IMG/VR virus record: IMGVR_UViG_3300027996_002398
Coordinates: 1 to 56,076 of that record
DNA from: a virus
Lineage: Duplodnaviria; Caudoviricetes
Reading direction: 5' to 3' (one strand)
Length of the DNA stretch: 56,076 bases
Both the position numbers and the translations under genes were made by a program. A model generated the notes under the pieces. That model was not told the DNA's origin. It saw only the letters and a list, made by a program, of their open reading frames with translations, and searched no databases. This document shows positions 8,488 to 17,805 of this stretch, one piece after another. Every line of letters starts with the position of its first letter. The first letter of the stretch is position 1.

Positions 8488-9219
8488 ATGAAAATATTAA
8501 AACCAGGTGAAGAGGGTCACGGATTCTTAGTAGAGTACGATTCTGGATTTGTATCATCTGAACTAACCTGTCAAGATGGGGTATGTTCAAACCATAATTT
8601 AATTAACGAATTTAAATCAGGATTAGTTTTAGGTCAAGACGGTTCTTTACCAGACAAAATAGAAATATACGCTGTACTCCAAAAATGGGGTGTAGAAAAT
8701 AAAAACGGGAGAGTCTATCCCGAAGAAATCCTTAAAAGAGAGGCAAAAAGATACCAAGAATTTATTGACATGGGAACTTCACTAGGTGAGTTAAATCACC
8801 CTGAGTCTTCTATTATTGATGCTGACCGTGTATCACATATGATTTCAGAAATTTGGTGGAATGGTAGAACACTTATGGGTAAAATGGAATTGGATACAAC
8901 TCCGGGTTATCTTAAGACAGGGATTATTTCATCTGTGGGTGACAAAGTTCTAAATATGATTAGAAAGGGTTGGACTGTAGGTATATCGTCAAGGGGTGTT
9001 GGCTCACTTAAAAATGAGGGTGGTAAGAATATAGTACAAGACGACTTTGAGTTAATTTGTTGGGATATTGTTACATCACCATCAACACCAGGTTCTTGGA
9101 TTTCTACAAGTGAAAAAGATTTAACCCCATACATGGAATCAACAAAAGATAATAAAACAAAATTAGTTATTGAGAATGGTTCTAATTTACTAGATAATTT
9201 AAATAAATTCTTATTGTAA
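8488..9219 (+). CDS. Prohead protease (T4 gp21-like)
   Basis: NKNGRVYP, GELNHP, VSH, GISSRGVGS and DIVTSPS motifs; ATATTTATA at 8465-8473. Confidence 0.93.
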   Translation: MKILKPGEEGHGFLVEYDSGFVSSELTCQDGVCSNHNLINEFKSGLVLGQDGSLPDKIEIYAVLQKWGVENKNGRVYPEEILKREAKRYQEFIDMGTSLGELNHPESSIIDADRVSHMISEIWWNGRTLMGKMELDTTPGYLKTGIISSVGDKVLNMIRKGWTVGISSRGVGSLKNEGGKNIVQDDFELICWDIVTSPSTPGSWISTSEKDLTPYMESTKDNKTKLVIENGSNLLDNLNKFLL

Positions 9220-9530
9220 TGAAAAAGAAAGTGATTAAATTAACAGAACAAGACTTAGAAAAGTTAGTTAAGAAAATTATCAAAGAAGATAGTGAAGAGT
9301 GGATGAAAAATACTTATAACCAAAATTTTCATACAGAAGAAGAAATGAATCGTGTATGGGAAGATTTAAATGAGTTGGATAATGATAAAATTTTTGATTT
9401 AATGGAATTAACTTTTAATGAATCTAAGATGAGTGTTGAGGATTTTGTTAATAACCTACCAACACGATTTGTTTACGATTACAACTACATTGTTTCTGTT
9501 TTAAAACAAATACAAGAAGAAGGTATATGA
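9219..9530 (+). CDS. Hypothetical protein with KLTExDL..LVKKIIKE leader
   Basis: Start overlaps the protease stop; carries the shared leader peptide. Confidence 0.75.
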   Translation: MKKKVIKLTEQDLEKLVKKIIKEDSEEWMKNTYNQNFHTEEEMNRVWEDLNELDNDKIFDLMELTFNESKMSVEDFVNNLPTRFVYDYNYIVSVLKQIQEEGI

Positions 9531-9573
9531 AATAATCGGTGGTCAAAAATTTAATGATTAAAACAAAAATATT

Positions 9574-10137
9574 ATGAAAAACATTATATCAGAAAGTGAA
9601 TTAAAAAGAATGGTTAAAAAAGTTGTTAGAGAAGAAAAACTAAATAACATTAACGAAGATAGAACTGACTTTGAAATGAGTGGTGCTAGAAGTCGTAAAG
9701 ATTATACATCAAACCCAAGAGAAAGAGATATCTCTTCTATGTTTGGTAAATACGCTGATGATGTTCCACCAATAGTAATTAGATACTTAAGAAAAAATCC
9801 TGAAGCTATCGTAAAAAGATTGTTTAAAATCTATGGTGAAAAAATATTTGATTATCTGCCACAACAAGAAATGGAAGAAGAGTATGATTCTTATATGGCT
9901 GATGTTCACGAAAAAAAAGATTGGATTAAAAACGCAATTGAGGAACCTGGTTCACTTAGAAAAAAAATGGGACTTAAAAAAGACGAAGAATTAACATCTT
10001 CTGATATTAGAAAAAAGATATCTCAATTAAAAAAGAAAGACAAAGACCCTAGTAAGAAAGGTGTTCAAGGTTTAGGTAAAAGAGACTTAAAAACTTATAG
10101 ACAATTAAATTTAGCTAAAACTTTACGTGGATTGTAA
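9574..10137 (+). CDS. Hypothetical protein with ISESELKRMVKKVVREE leader and a basic C-terminal domain
   Basis: Leader motif; C-terminal WIKNAIEEPGSLRKKMG...LNLAKTL. Confidence 0.75.
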   Translation: MKNIISESELKRMVKKVVREEKLNNINEDRTDFEMSGARSRKDYTSNPRERDISSMFGKYADDVPPIVIRYLRKNPEAIVKRLFKIYGEKIFDYLPQQEMEEEYDSYMADVHEKKDWIKNAIEEPGSLRKKMGLKKDEELTSSDIRKKISQLKKKDKDPSKKGVQGLGKRDLKTYRQLNLAKTLRGL

Positions 10138-10219
10138 GTATTTATATATAGGTTGTGCGGCTTGTAACAACTTAATTAAAAAGTAACAAGTAAATAAATA
10201 AAATATAAAAATTAAGAAA

Positions 10220-10540
10220 ATGAAAAAAAGAATTGTTAGATTAACTGAATCAGATTTAGAGAATTTGGTTAAACGTATTATTAAAGAAGAAGACGAAGGC
10301 CAAGGTGATGACCAAAGTGGTGGTGAAGAAACAATAGATATTAAGGATGTCCAAAATTTTATGGCTATGTTAGACCAATACTTTTTAAATAAAGCGGCGG
10401 GAAGAACAGCTTCAAAAAAAATCAATACAAGCCTTGAAAGAGCAGGTTTAATTGCTGCTATGATTGAGAAATTTGGTGTTGACTTGGCTTTGGTGAATAA
10501 AGCCAGAACAATGTTAAAACAAGGTGGGTACGGCAAATGA
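10220..10540 (+). CDS. Hypothetical protein with RLTESDL..LVKRIIKEE leader
   Basis: Leader nearly identical to that of ORF 9219; GTATTTATA at 10138-10146. Confidence 0.75.
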   Translation: MKKRIVRLTESDLENLVKRIIKEEDEGQGDDQSGGEETIDIKDVQNFMAMLDQYFLNKAAGRTASKKINTSLERAGLIAAMIEKFGVDLALVNKARTMLKQGGYGK

Positions 10541-11046
10541 ACATCCGTAAAATCATAAAGGAAGAACTTATTAAAGAGGTGGGTGGTTACGATGACCAAA
10601 GAGTTATGGCTAAACATGCTGGAACAACAATGGGTGCACTATCTACTAGTCATAATGATTTAACTAATTTATTATCAGGGTTAGCTAATTCTATTATGGA
10701 TGGAGCTAATAAAAACGATATTAGTGATTCTTTAATGGAAACCTCAAAAGAGATTAATTTTTTTATCGATATTATTAATGGTGTTATAAGTGAAGTTATG
10801 GAAGACGATGTTATTGTTAAAGCTAAAGAAACTATTTCTTCACTTAAAGTTTTTAAAAGAAAAATAGATATTCTTTCTAACTTTTCAGACGCTATGGGTA
10901 ATGATGAAGAATTTATTGAAAGAGTTAAACTTTTATTAATGGACTTAATACCTGCTTTAGAAGAGTATGGTAAACAACTTAGAATTACCAATAAAATGTT
11001 TGGTGACAGGTTTCAGTCGTTTGGTGCTGGATTTAGTCCTAATTAA
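10537..11046 (+). CDS. Hypothetical helical protein with IRKIIKEELIKE leader
   Basis: ATGA overlap with the previous gene. Confidence 0.75.
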   Translation: MNIRKIIKEELIKEVGGYDDQRVMAKHAGTTMGALSTSHNDLTNLLSGLANSIMDGANKNDISDSLMETSKEINFFIDIINGVISEVMEDDVIVKAKETISSLKVFKRKIDILSNFSDAMGNDEEFIERVKLLLMDLIPALEEYGKQLRITNKMFGDRFQSFGAGFSPN

Positions 11047-11121
11047 TACTTCACATATTAATTAATTATATCTACTATTATATCTCACAAATAATTATTA
11101 ATTAAAAAAAGTTTTAAAACC

Positions 11122-11355
11122 ATGGGAGACCAAATCACAAAATTTTTTCTTGTTAAAGTAGAGTTCGAAACAATTAACGAAGATACAGGAAAAGTAAAAA
11201 AAATCAAAACACAATACCTTGTCGATTCAATGACTTGTACTGAAGCTGAGGCTAGAACTCATAAATACCTTGATGGTACAGTACTAGATTATGAAATTGT
11301 ATCAGCAGTTAAATCACCAATCGAAGACGTTATTAAAGTTGCTGTTCCAGCATAA
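11122..11355 (+). CDS. DUF4494-like protein (Bacteroidota family)
   Basis: FLVKVEFETINE.TGKVKK...YLVDSMTCTEAEAR pattern. Confidence 0.7.
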   Translation: MGDQITKFFLVKVEFETINEDTGKVKKIKTQYLVDSMTCTEAEARTHKYLDGTVLDYEIVSAVKSPIEDVIKVAVPA

Positions 11356-11374
11356 TAATAATAAAATTCGTAAG

Positions 11375-11407
11375 AAAGACTCACAGAAATGTGGGTCTTT
11401 TTTTTTT
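11375..11407 (+). terminator. Intrinsic terminator between convergent genes
   Basis: AAAGACTCACA-GAAA-TGTGGGTCTTT followed by a T run. Confidence 0.85.
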
Positions 11408-11834
11408 AATCCCTATATTCTTCAGGTAATTCCATACCATCAGCTATTTCTTTAAATAACCCACCATGTTCTTTATGGGTTGGTAAATCTTCCCCGACAC
11501 AAGCGTGTATTAATTCATGTGTAATAACCCATTTAAGATATTCTTTATCTTCTAAAGCTTTTGGTTTTATACCCATTAAACCATTTTTATCATCTTTGGG
11601 GTGATTAAATCCAGCAATTTTACCATCTTTTATCTCACTATCTAACTTAATATCTATTTTAGGTAGGTCTAATTCTTTGTTTGTAATTTTTTTATACACT
11701 TTTTTTAATTTGTTTTCTATAGAGTTTTTTAATGACTTAACTATCACTAAATCCTCGTTTTCTTTCATTAAACTAGGTTTTTTAGTCTCATTAATGATAA
11801 TCTTTTCTATTATAGTTTTAACAATATCTTTCAT
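11406..11834 (-). CDS. SprT-like zinc metalloprotease
   Basis: VITHELIH...HGGLFK. Start moved to ATG 11834, 5 nt after ATATTTATT (11848-11840). Confidence 0.7.
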   Translation of the reverse strand: MKDIVKTIIEKIIINETKKPSLMKENEDLVIVKSLKNSIENKLKKVYKKITNKELDLPKIDIKLDSEIKDGKIAGFNHPKDDKNGLMGIKPKALEDKEYLKWVITHELIHACVGEDLPTHKEHGGLFKEIADGMELPEEYRD

Positions 11835-11978
11835 ATAAAAATAAATATCCCGTTTTTTTAAACAGTAACACCAAAAAATAAATCTTTTCCACATTTATTG
11901 AATATTTATTTTAAAAACAACGCAATTTTATGCGCTGTTCTTTAATAATAATAATTTTTTAAAATAAAAAAAGAAAAA

Positions 11979-13193
11979 ATGGCTGAAACAAGAAAGTCTA
12001 TCATCGATGAAGCTTTTATGGAAGCGGAAAGTATAGAACAAGCTTTCAAAGCTAACTCAAAAGAAATACTGGCTCACACAATGGGTTCAGAAATTGAAGA
12101 AATGGTAAAGGAATCTTTAGAAGGTTCGGTAGCTTTAAACGAAGACGAAGATGATGAGAATGTTGATTTAGAGTTAGACTTAGGTTTAGACTCTGACGAG
12201 CCCGGCGAGGATGCTGGTGATGACCTTGACCTAGAATTAGGTGATGAGGATGATGAAGATATGGAAGACATGGAAGACATGGAAGATATGGATTCTGATG
12301 AACTTGAAATTGTAGACCTTACAGATGAAGACGATGACACTGTAGTTAACGTATTCAAAAAAATGGCTGACGAAGATGAAATCGAAGTTGTCCAAACTGG
12401 TGATGGGGTTGAAATCAAGGATAACGAAACTGGTGCCGAGTACAAAATAGAATTTGGTGGTGATTCTGAAATAGAAATGGACGATGAGGATATGGAAGAT
12501 ATGGAAGATATGGAAGACATGGAAGACATGGAAGACATGGAAGATATGGAAGATATGGATTCTAATGAAATAGAAATGGACGATGAAGACGGTGAGGAAA
12601 TAGAATATCAAATTGAATTGGGTGATGATGAAGAACCTGAAGAAATGGAAGACGATATGTCTGAAGATTCTAGACACACACCATCTAATAGAAGAAAACG
12701 CAATTTAAAACCTGCTAATCTTAAAAATGAGTCTAAAAAACCAAAATTCTTAAAGTTAGTAAACGAAAATAAAGTTCTAAAAAGTAAAGTAAGTTCAATT
12801 GCGTCTGAAAATGAAACTTTAAAAGAAGACTACAACAAAATGGTAGGTGCTCTTAAAGAGTTTAGACAAAAACTGAATGAGGTAGCTATTTTTAATAGTA
12901 ACCTAACATATACAGTTAGATTGTTTACTGAACACACAACAACTAAAGGTGAAAAAGTTGACATCATTAAAAGATTTGACGATTCAAAGTCACTTAAAGA
13001 ATCTAAAGCTACATATAAAATTTTAGTTAAAGAAATCTCTAAGACAAAGACACCGATTAAAGAATCAATTGATGAAAGACTTAATATAACTAAAAGTAGT
13101 GGTTCAGCATCTGAAATAACTGAATCAAAAGTTTACGTAGACCCACAAATTGAAAAAATGAAACAATTATGGGAATATGAGTATAAAAATTAA
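11979..13193 (+). CDS. Prohead core/scaffolding protein
   Basis: Very acidic middle, coiled-coil C-terminus, directly upstream of the MCP; ATATTTATT at 11902-11910. Confidence 0.8.
   Translation: MAETRKSIIDEAFMEAESIEQAFKANSKEILAHTMGSEIEEMVKESLEGSVALNEDEDDENVDLELDLGLDSDEPGEDAGDDLDLELGDEDDEDMEDMEDMEDMDSDELEIVDLTDEDDDTVVNVFKKMADEDEIEVVQTGDGVEIKDNETGAEYKIEFGGDSEIEMDDEDMEDMEDMEDMEDMEDMEDMEDMDSNEIEMDDEDGEEIEYQIELGDDEEPEEMEDDMSEDSRHTPSNRRKRNLKPANLKNESKKPKFLKLVNENKVLKSKVSSIASENETLKEDYNKMVGALKEFRQKLNEVAIFNSNLTYTVRLFTEHTTTKGEKVDIIKRFDDSKSLKESKATYKILVKEISKTKTPIKESIDERLNITKSSGSASEITESKVYVDPQIEKMKQLWEYEYKN
12261..12287 (+). repeat. ATGGAAGAY x3 (Met-Glu-Asp)
   Basis: Read directly; followed by ATGGATTCT, as is the longer array. 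Confidence 0.85.
12492..12554 (+). repeat. ATGGAAGAY x7 (Met-Glu-Asp)
   Basis: Seven 9-bp units, flanked on both sides by GAAATAGAAATGGACGATGA. Confidence 0.9.
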
Positions 13194-13231
13194 AAATAAT
13201 AATAAAAATTAAAATTAAAAACCAAAAAAAA

Positions 13232-15007
13232 ATGGGATATTTATTAAAATCTGGAGAAGTTGGTAACATCGGACTTAAGCACCAAAAAGCTGTTCGTGAA
13301 GCAACTGTCTCTAAATGGAACGACCTAGGATTCTTAGAAGGATTAGAAGGTCACGTAAGAGAGAACATCGCTTTGTTGTATGAAAACCAAGCATCAGTTC
13401 TTATCAATGAAACTACAGACGCTGGTTCGTCTGGTTCTTTTGAAACTGTAGTTTTTCCTATCGTTAGAAGAGTTTTCTCTAAATTATTAGCTAACGATAT
13501 AGTATCAGTACAAGCTATGAACTTACCGATAGGTAAATTGTTCTACTTTGTACCTAAAGCGTCTGAAAGAATAGGTGACGGTAGTTCAGCTTTATCAACA
13601 CATGGTGAGCCTGTTGTAACAAATTGTGTTGACGCAGGTTGTGTAACAACAACTTACTCTGATTGTGCTAAGAATCTTTATGACAGATTCTACAATGATG
13701 AGTTTTTTGACCAATCAAAAGGTGCTTTTACAGCACAAACATCTTCACCAACTCCTGTAATCTGGACATCTTGTACTACAGGTGATGAATTTACTGATGG
13801 TGTTTCTCCATTCGCGGGTGACGGTTCTGTTAGAACTCAAATCGTTAAATTATGTGGATTCAATTCATCTGGAGCTGGTAGATTAACAGGTCCTAACGGA
13901 AACGAAATGGATACTGAAGAATTTTTAGCTTCTTTAGACCTTACAGTTGATGGGGCAATAGTAGATAAAGACAATAAAACAATTTTAGCGTCAGGTGATA
14001 AAGTTCCTTTCAGAGTTGTTACTCAGAGATATGGAAAAGGTATTGTAAACTACGGTGACATTTGTTCACCTGAAGGTTGTATTTATCTTGAAGCTGATTT
14101 AACTCACCCTGTGTGTGTTGAGTGTGGTGATGGTACTTTCGATGGTTACATTGGAGCATCATCAGGAACAACTGCTATCGTTCCTGGAGTTGGTGTAGCT
14201 GACTTAGGTGGTGTTGATATTGTAGCTGTTTGGAGACAATATAGTTCATTAGAACTTGAATCTCAAATGGGTGAAGTTTCTTTCGAATTAGATTCTGTAA
14301 CGGTATCTGTAACTGAAAGAAAATTAAGAGCTACTTGGACTCCTGAATTAGCACAAGATGTATCGGCTTTCCATAACATCGATGCTGAAGCTGAATTAAC
14401 AGCATTATTATCTGAGCAAGTTGCTGCTGAAATTGATAGAGAAATCTTAAGAGACCTTAGAAAAGGTGCAGCATGGCAATTACGTTGGGATTATAACGGT
14501 TATAAAAGATTACCACAATCTAACGCTTACACTCAAAAAGAGTGGAACCAAACGTTAGTAACGGCAATCAACCAAATCTCAGCTCAAATTCACAAGTCTA
14601 CATTAAGAGGTGGAGCTAACTTTATCGTGGTATCTTCTGAAGTATCAGCTATTTTTGATGATTTAGAGTACTTCCACGTATCAAACGCTTCTCCTGAGCA
14701 AGACAACTATAACATGGGTATTGAGAGAGTAGGTTCTTTATCAGGTAGATATACTGTATACAGAGACCCTTACGCTCCAGCTAACTCAGTATTAGTAGGT
14801 CATAAAGGTAAATCATTGTTAGATACTGGGTACATTTACGCACCTTACGTACCATTACAATTGACACCTACAATGTATAACCCGTTCAACTTCGTACCTG
14901 TTAAAGGTATTATGACACGTTACGCTAAGAAATTTGTTAATAACAGATTCTACGGACAAGTTAATGTTGATGGATTACGTACATTTGACGTGAGAGAATT
15001 AAGATAA
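13232..15007 (+). CDS. Major capsid protein (T4 gp23-like)
   Basis: WTPELAQD...DAEAELTALLSEQVAAEIDREI, YAPYVPL and GIMTRY motifs; likely maturation site LINE/TT. Confidence 0.96.
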   Translation: MGYLLKSGEVGNIGLKHQKAVREATVSKWNDLGFLEGLEGHVRENIALLYENQASVLINETTDAGSSGSFETVVFPIVRRVFSKLLANDIVSVQAMNLPIGKLFYFVPKASERIGDGSSALSTHGEPVVTNCVDAGCVTTTYSDCAKNLYDRFYNDEFFDQSKGAFTAQTSSPTPVIWTSCTTGDEFTDGVSPFAGDGSVRTQIVKLCGFNSSGAGRLTGPNGNEMDTEEFLASLDLTVDGAIVDKDNKTILASGDKVPFRVVTQRYGKGIVNYGDICSPEGCIYLEADLTHPVCVECGDGTFDGYIGASSGTTAIVPGVGVADLGGVDIVAVWRQYSSLELESQMGEVSFELDSVTVSVTERKLRATWTPELAQDVSAFHNIDAEAELTALLSEQVAAEIDREILRDLRKGAAWQLRWDYNGYKRLPQSNAYTQKEWNQTLVTAINQISAQIHKSTLRGGANFIVVSSEVSAIFDDLEYFHVSNASPEQDNYNMGIERVGSLSGRYTVYRDPYAPANSVLVGHKGKSLLDTGYIYAPYVPLQLTPTMYNPFNFVPVKGIMTRYAKKFVNNRFYGQVNVDGLRTFDVRELR

Positions 15008-15030
15008 GATAAATCTTAAACAATAATGGG

Positions 15031-15057
15031 AGGGGAACTAAATGTTCCCCTTTTTTT
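15031..15057 (+). terminator. Intrinsic terminator after the MCP
   Basis: AGGGGAAC-TAAAT-GTTCCCCT followed by a T run. Confidence 0.88.
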
Positions 15058-15081
15058 ATGCTTTGTGTGATATTTATTAAT

Positions 15082-15369
15082 ATGAATCTGAAAAGAATTA
15101 TAAAGGAAGAATTAAATAAATCTGAAGACGAATGGGAATGGGCTAAAACAACCCAACCAATAGAACTTGAAAACCCTAAAGATTGGGTTGGTCGGACTTT
15201 TAAAAAAGCTAATAATTCAACCCAACAATCTTTTACTGTGGTTGGTTTAGATGATAATGGTAATATTTCTTTGGTTCATAACCATATGGGTGGTGAGTAT
15301 TACGGTGTATCTACAAATCCTCAGGCTATAATAAAGTTTATTAGTGATGGTACATGGGAATGGATTTAA
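15082..15369 (+). CDS. Hypothetical protein with LKRIIKEE leader
   Basis: ATG 15082 lies 3 nt after ATATTTATT (15070-15078). Confidence 0.75.
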   Translation: MNLKRIIKEELNKSEDEWEWAKTTQPIELENPKDWVGRTFKKANNSTQQSFTVVGLDDNGNISLVHNHMGGEYYGVSTNPQAIIKFISDGTWEWI

Positions 15370-16043
15370 AAAAAATAATAATAGAAGAGATTGATGACTT
15401 TGTTTGGGCTAAGGGTAAAATAGAATATCCAATAGATTTCCTTATCGGTAAAAAAATATATTGGAGGCGAAACAATTTGGGTGACCTTGAAGATGCTGGG
15501 TATACTATGCAAGAATTAAATAAAGAAGATTTAAAATTGGGTACTATTAGACGAAGAAATGGTTGGGTACTAGTCAAACCGATTGGTGAAAATGTTAGAA
15601 TAAAAATGGAAAACAACCTCCTTGACGACACATACCCAATATCTGACGTTGAGGATTATGTTAGATTAGGTATTTGGGTTGTTGAAGATGATAACGGTAG
15701 ACTTTTAAACGAATCTGATGATTTACAATGGATAAAAGATATTGAACCTGAAATAACACAAAAATCAATCCCAACGTATTATAATAAACCTTTTTATTGG
15801 TATGACAATGGCAAACCCGTGATTGAATGGGGGATGCCTAGAATTTATTGGTTAGAAGGTTGGAAGCCGTATTCTAGGGTGGGTGAAGAACAAATGTCTC
15901 TATTTTGTTACAAGGATTTATCTGTATCTAGTGAGATATACAACAGTGAATGTACCGAATTTTTGAATAAAACAATAGTTAACTATATTAAAAGGGGTAT
16001 AATAGTATTCCAACCACAGTTAAGTGATATTAAAAATGATTAA
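15360..16043 (+). CDS. Hypothetical two-module protein with LKKIIIEE leader
   Basis: Both modules start with E.DD[FL].W[AI]K; the start could also be 15354. Confidence 0.75.
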   Translation: MDLKKIIIEEIDDFVWAKGKIEYPIDFLIGKKIYWRRNNLGDLEDAGYTMQELNKEDLKLGTIRRRNGWVLVKPIGENVRIKMENNLLDDTYPISDVEDYVRLGIWVVEDDNGRLLNESDDLQWIKDIEPEITQKSIPTYYNKPFYWYDNGKPVIEWGMPRIYWLEGWKPYSRVGEEQMSLFCYKDLSVSSEIYNSECTEFLNKTIVNYIKRGIIVFQPQLSDIKND

Positions 16044-16390
16044 ACTCCGTTTTCAATGTCTTCTCTTAATATGTTATAGTATTCTTCCCTAAAAATTTCT
16101 CTTACCCTTTCTTCCGTTGTTAAAGATTCGTCTCCATGAAAAACACCACCTTCATTAGCTTCAAAAATAATATCACCTTCGGGTGAATTAACAGTTATGC
16201 CAGCATTAAAATCACCTACCGTAGTAATTGTGGATGTCCATTGAGTATTTTCATCGGTATAAACATAATCAAAAGGAATGTTAATCTGACCTGTTTCTTC
16301 ATCAACATAACCATATTCTCTTTGTGATACATACCAAAAAGGAGAACCGTCTAAAAAATGATGTTTTGGAATTGTTTTAAACTTAAACAT
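16040..16390 (-). CDS. Hypothetical protein
   Basis: ATG 16390; upstream variant motif GTGTTTATA. Confidence 0.65.
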   Translation of the reverse strand: MFKFKTIPKHHFLDGSPFWYVSQREYGYVDEETGQINIPFDYVYTDENTQWTSTITTVGDFNAGITVNSPEGDIIFEANEGGVFHGDESLTTEERVREIFREEYYNILREDIENGV

Positions 16391-16412
16391 ATGAAAATAT
16401 ATAAACACAAAT

Positions 16413-16446
16413 AAAAAAAGGAAGTCTTTTGACTTCCTTTCTTTTT
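16413..16446 (-). terminator. Intrinsic terminator (possibly bidirectional)
   Basis: AAAGGAAGTC-TTTT-GACTTCCTTT with A and T runs on both sides. Confidence 0.85.
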
Positions 16447-16463
16447 GATAAAAACAACTAAGG

Positions 16464-17204
16464 TTAATCTCTTACACCTTTTTTAGTTGCTTCCTCTTTG
16501 TTTGTAGGACCATTTTCTAGTCTTTCGTTAATGATTTCCATTATGCCTCCCCCCAACATACTGTAAACTTTCATGGCGTTCCCTACATTCATTTCTTTGT
16601 CTTTAATGTCCCACAAAGTGATACCATCTTTTTTCTTTTTATCGTTATGGAAAGCCACTTTAGCTAATTCATTAGTACGATATTCAGATTCTTTTGCTTT
16701 CTTGTCGATTACAAAAACTAGTGAACCTTTTTCGGTGTACTGTTTATAGTACTTACCGTAATTATTGTCTTCACTAGAGACACACCATTTTGTCCCTTTA
16801 CCGTAAAGGTTAGAACTACGAACACTTAGAGGGTATACAACCAACCAACGGTCATCTTCGTAAAGTACTTCGGTTTCTTTTTTCTTAACCTCAGAGCGTG
16901 TAATTTTTTCTTTTGCTGTTTTAACAGATTCAATGATATCTTGATTAGACTCGTATGAGTAGATATCTTTGTTTTCTAATAGATTTCTTTTAGATAGGTC
17001 TTCAAAGTCGTGAATAACTTCAAACATTTCTTTAAATGTTTCATTTTTTAATTCATTATTAATCCATTGAACCCAATCAGCGGTACACTTAATCATAAAA
17101 GGTAGGTACTTATTTGTTTTAGTTGGGTCCATCTTTGACAATACAGTGATAACATCTATTGAGTAGGTTGGGTTTTGTGCTTTCAGTTCTTTAATTTTTG
17201 CCAT
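16464..17204 (-). CDS. Phage protein with YGxGTKWC motif (PcfJ-like, function unknown)
   Basis: WLVVYPLS..SSNLYGKGTKWCVS...YYKQY; has its own host-type promoter and terminator. Confidence 0.65.
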   Translation of the reverse strand: MAKIKELKAQNPTYSIDVITVLSKMDPTKTNKYLPFMIKCTADWVQWINNELKNETFKEMFEVIHDFEDLSKRNLLENKDIYSYESNQDIIESVKTAKEKITRSEVKKKETEVLYEDDRWLVVYPLSVRSSNLYGKGTKWCVSSEDNNYGKYYKQYTEKGSLVFVIDKKAKESEYRTNELAKVAFHNDKKKKDGITLWDIKDKEMNVGNAMKVYSMLGGGIMEIINERLENGPTNKEEATKKGVRD

Positions 17205-17247
17205 ATCTATTTAAAAGTTTTTTTTTATTATTTAATCATTAACAATA

Positions 17248-17278
17248 CAAATATAATGATTTTTTTTAAACTAACAAA
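17248..17278 (-). promoter_or_regulatory. Bacteroidota primary-sigma promoter (-33 TTTG / -7 TATATTTG)
   Basis: Minus strand: TTTG (17278-17275), 19-nt spacer, TATATTTG (17255-17248). Confidence 0.8.
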
Positions 17279-17364
17279 CTATTTTTAATATTTTTTATTT
17301 TAACTATTCTTCTAATATAATACGATTTTTTAGTTTAATAAGATATTTATATAAAAACTATAAT

Positions 17365-17796
17365 ATGAGAATACGTGATAGAAAAAATAATATGCTTAAA
17401 GCGAATAAACAAGTTTTAGGTATTTTAAAAGAAGAAGATAGTGGTAGTGAGTCTAAAAAAGAAAAAAAGACAACATTAACTAGACATCCAGCATATTCCG
17501 CAATAGATATGTTAGAAACAGAATTAGAAAAATTAAAAATGAATTTTAAAGAAAGTATTGCTAATGCGGTATCTGGTTCTGATGGTTATCATAGTGAAAT
17601 TGATAAGTTTTCTGAAGATTTCGGTAAGTTTATTACTAAGGTGTCTAATCTTAAAAGTAAAATAAACGACTATCAAATAGCTAATAAAGATAAGGAGATT
17701 GCTGAAGCTAAAAAAAGAGAAGAACAAAAACGACAATATCAAAACCATATGAAGGAAGTTGCTAGAAACGAAGGTTCAAATTATTCTTATCAATAA
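17365..17796 (+). CDS. Hypothetical coiled-coil protein
   Basis: ATATTTATA at 17343-17351; ILKEE near the N-terminus. Confidence 0.75.
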   Translation: MRIRDRKNNMLKANKQVLGILKEEDSGSESKKEKKTTLTRHPAYSAIDMLETELEKLKMNFKESIANAVSGSDGYHSEIDKFSEDFGKFITKVSNLKSKINDYQIANKDKEIAEAKKREEQKRQYQNHMKEVARNEGSNYSYQ

Positions 17797-17805
17797 AGTT
17801 AAATT

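Noticed and set aside
12492-12554. Tandem repeats as a CRISPR array
   Set aside because: 9-bp in-frame coding units with no spacers, and no cas genes.
12074-12677. Antisense ORFs of 154 and 146 aa with SSI/FHI repeats
   Set aside because: Shadows of the acidic repeat region of the scaffold gene.
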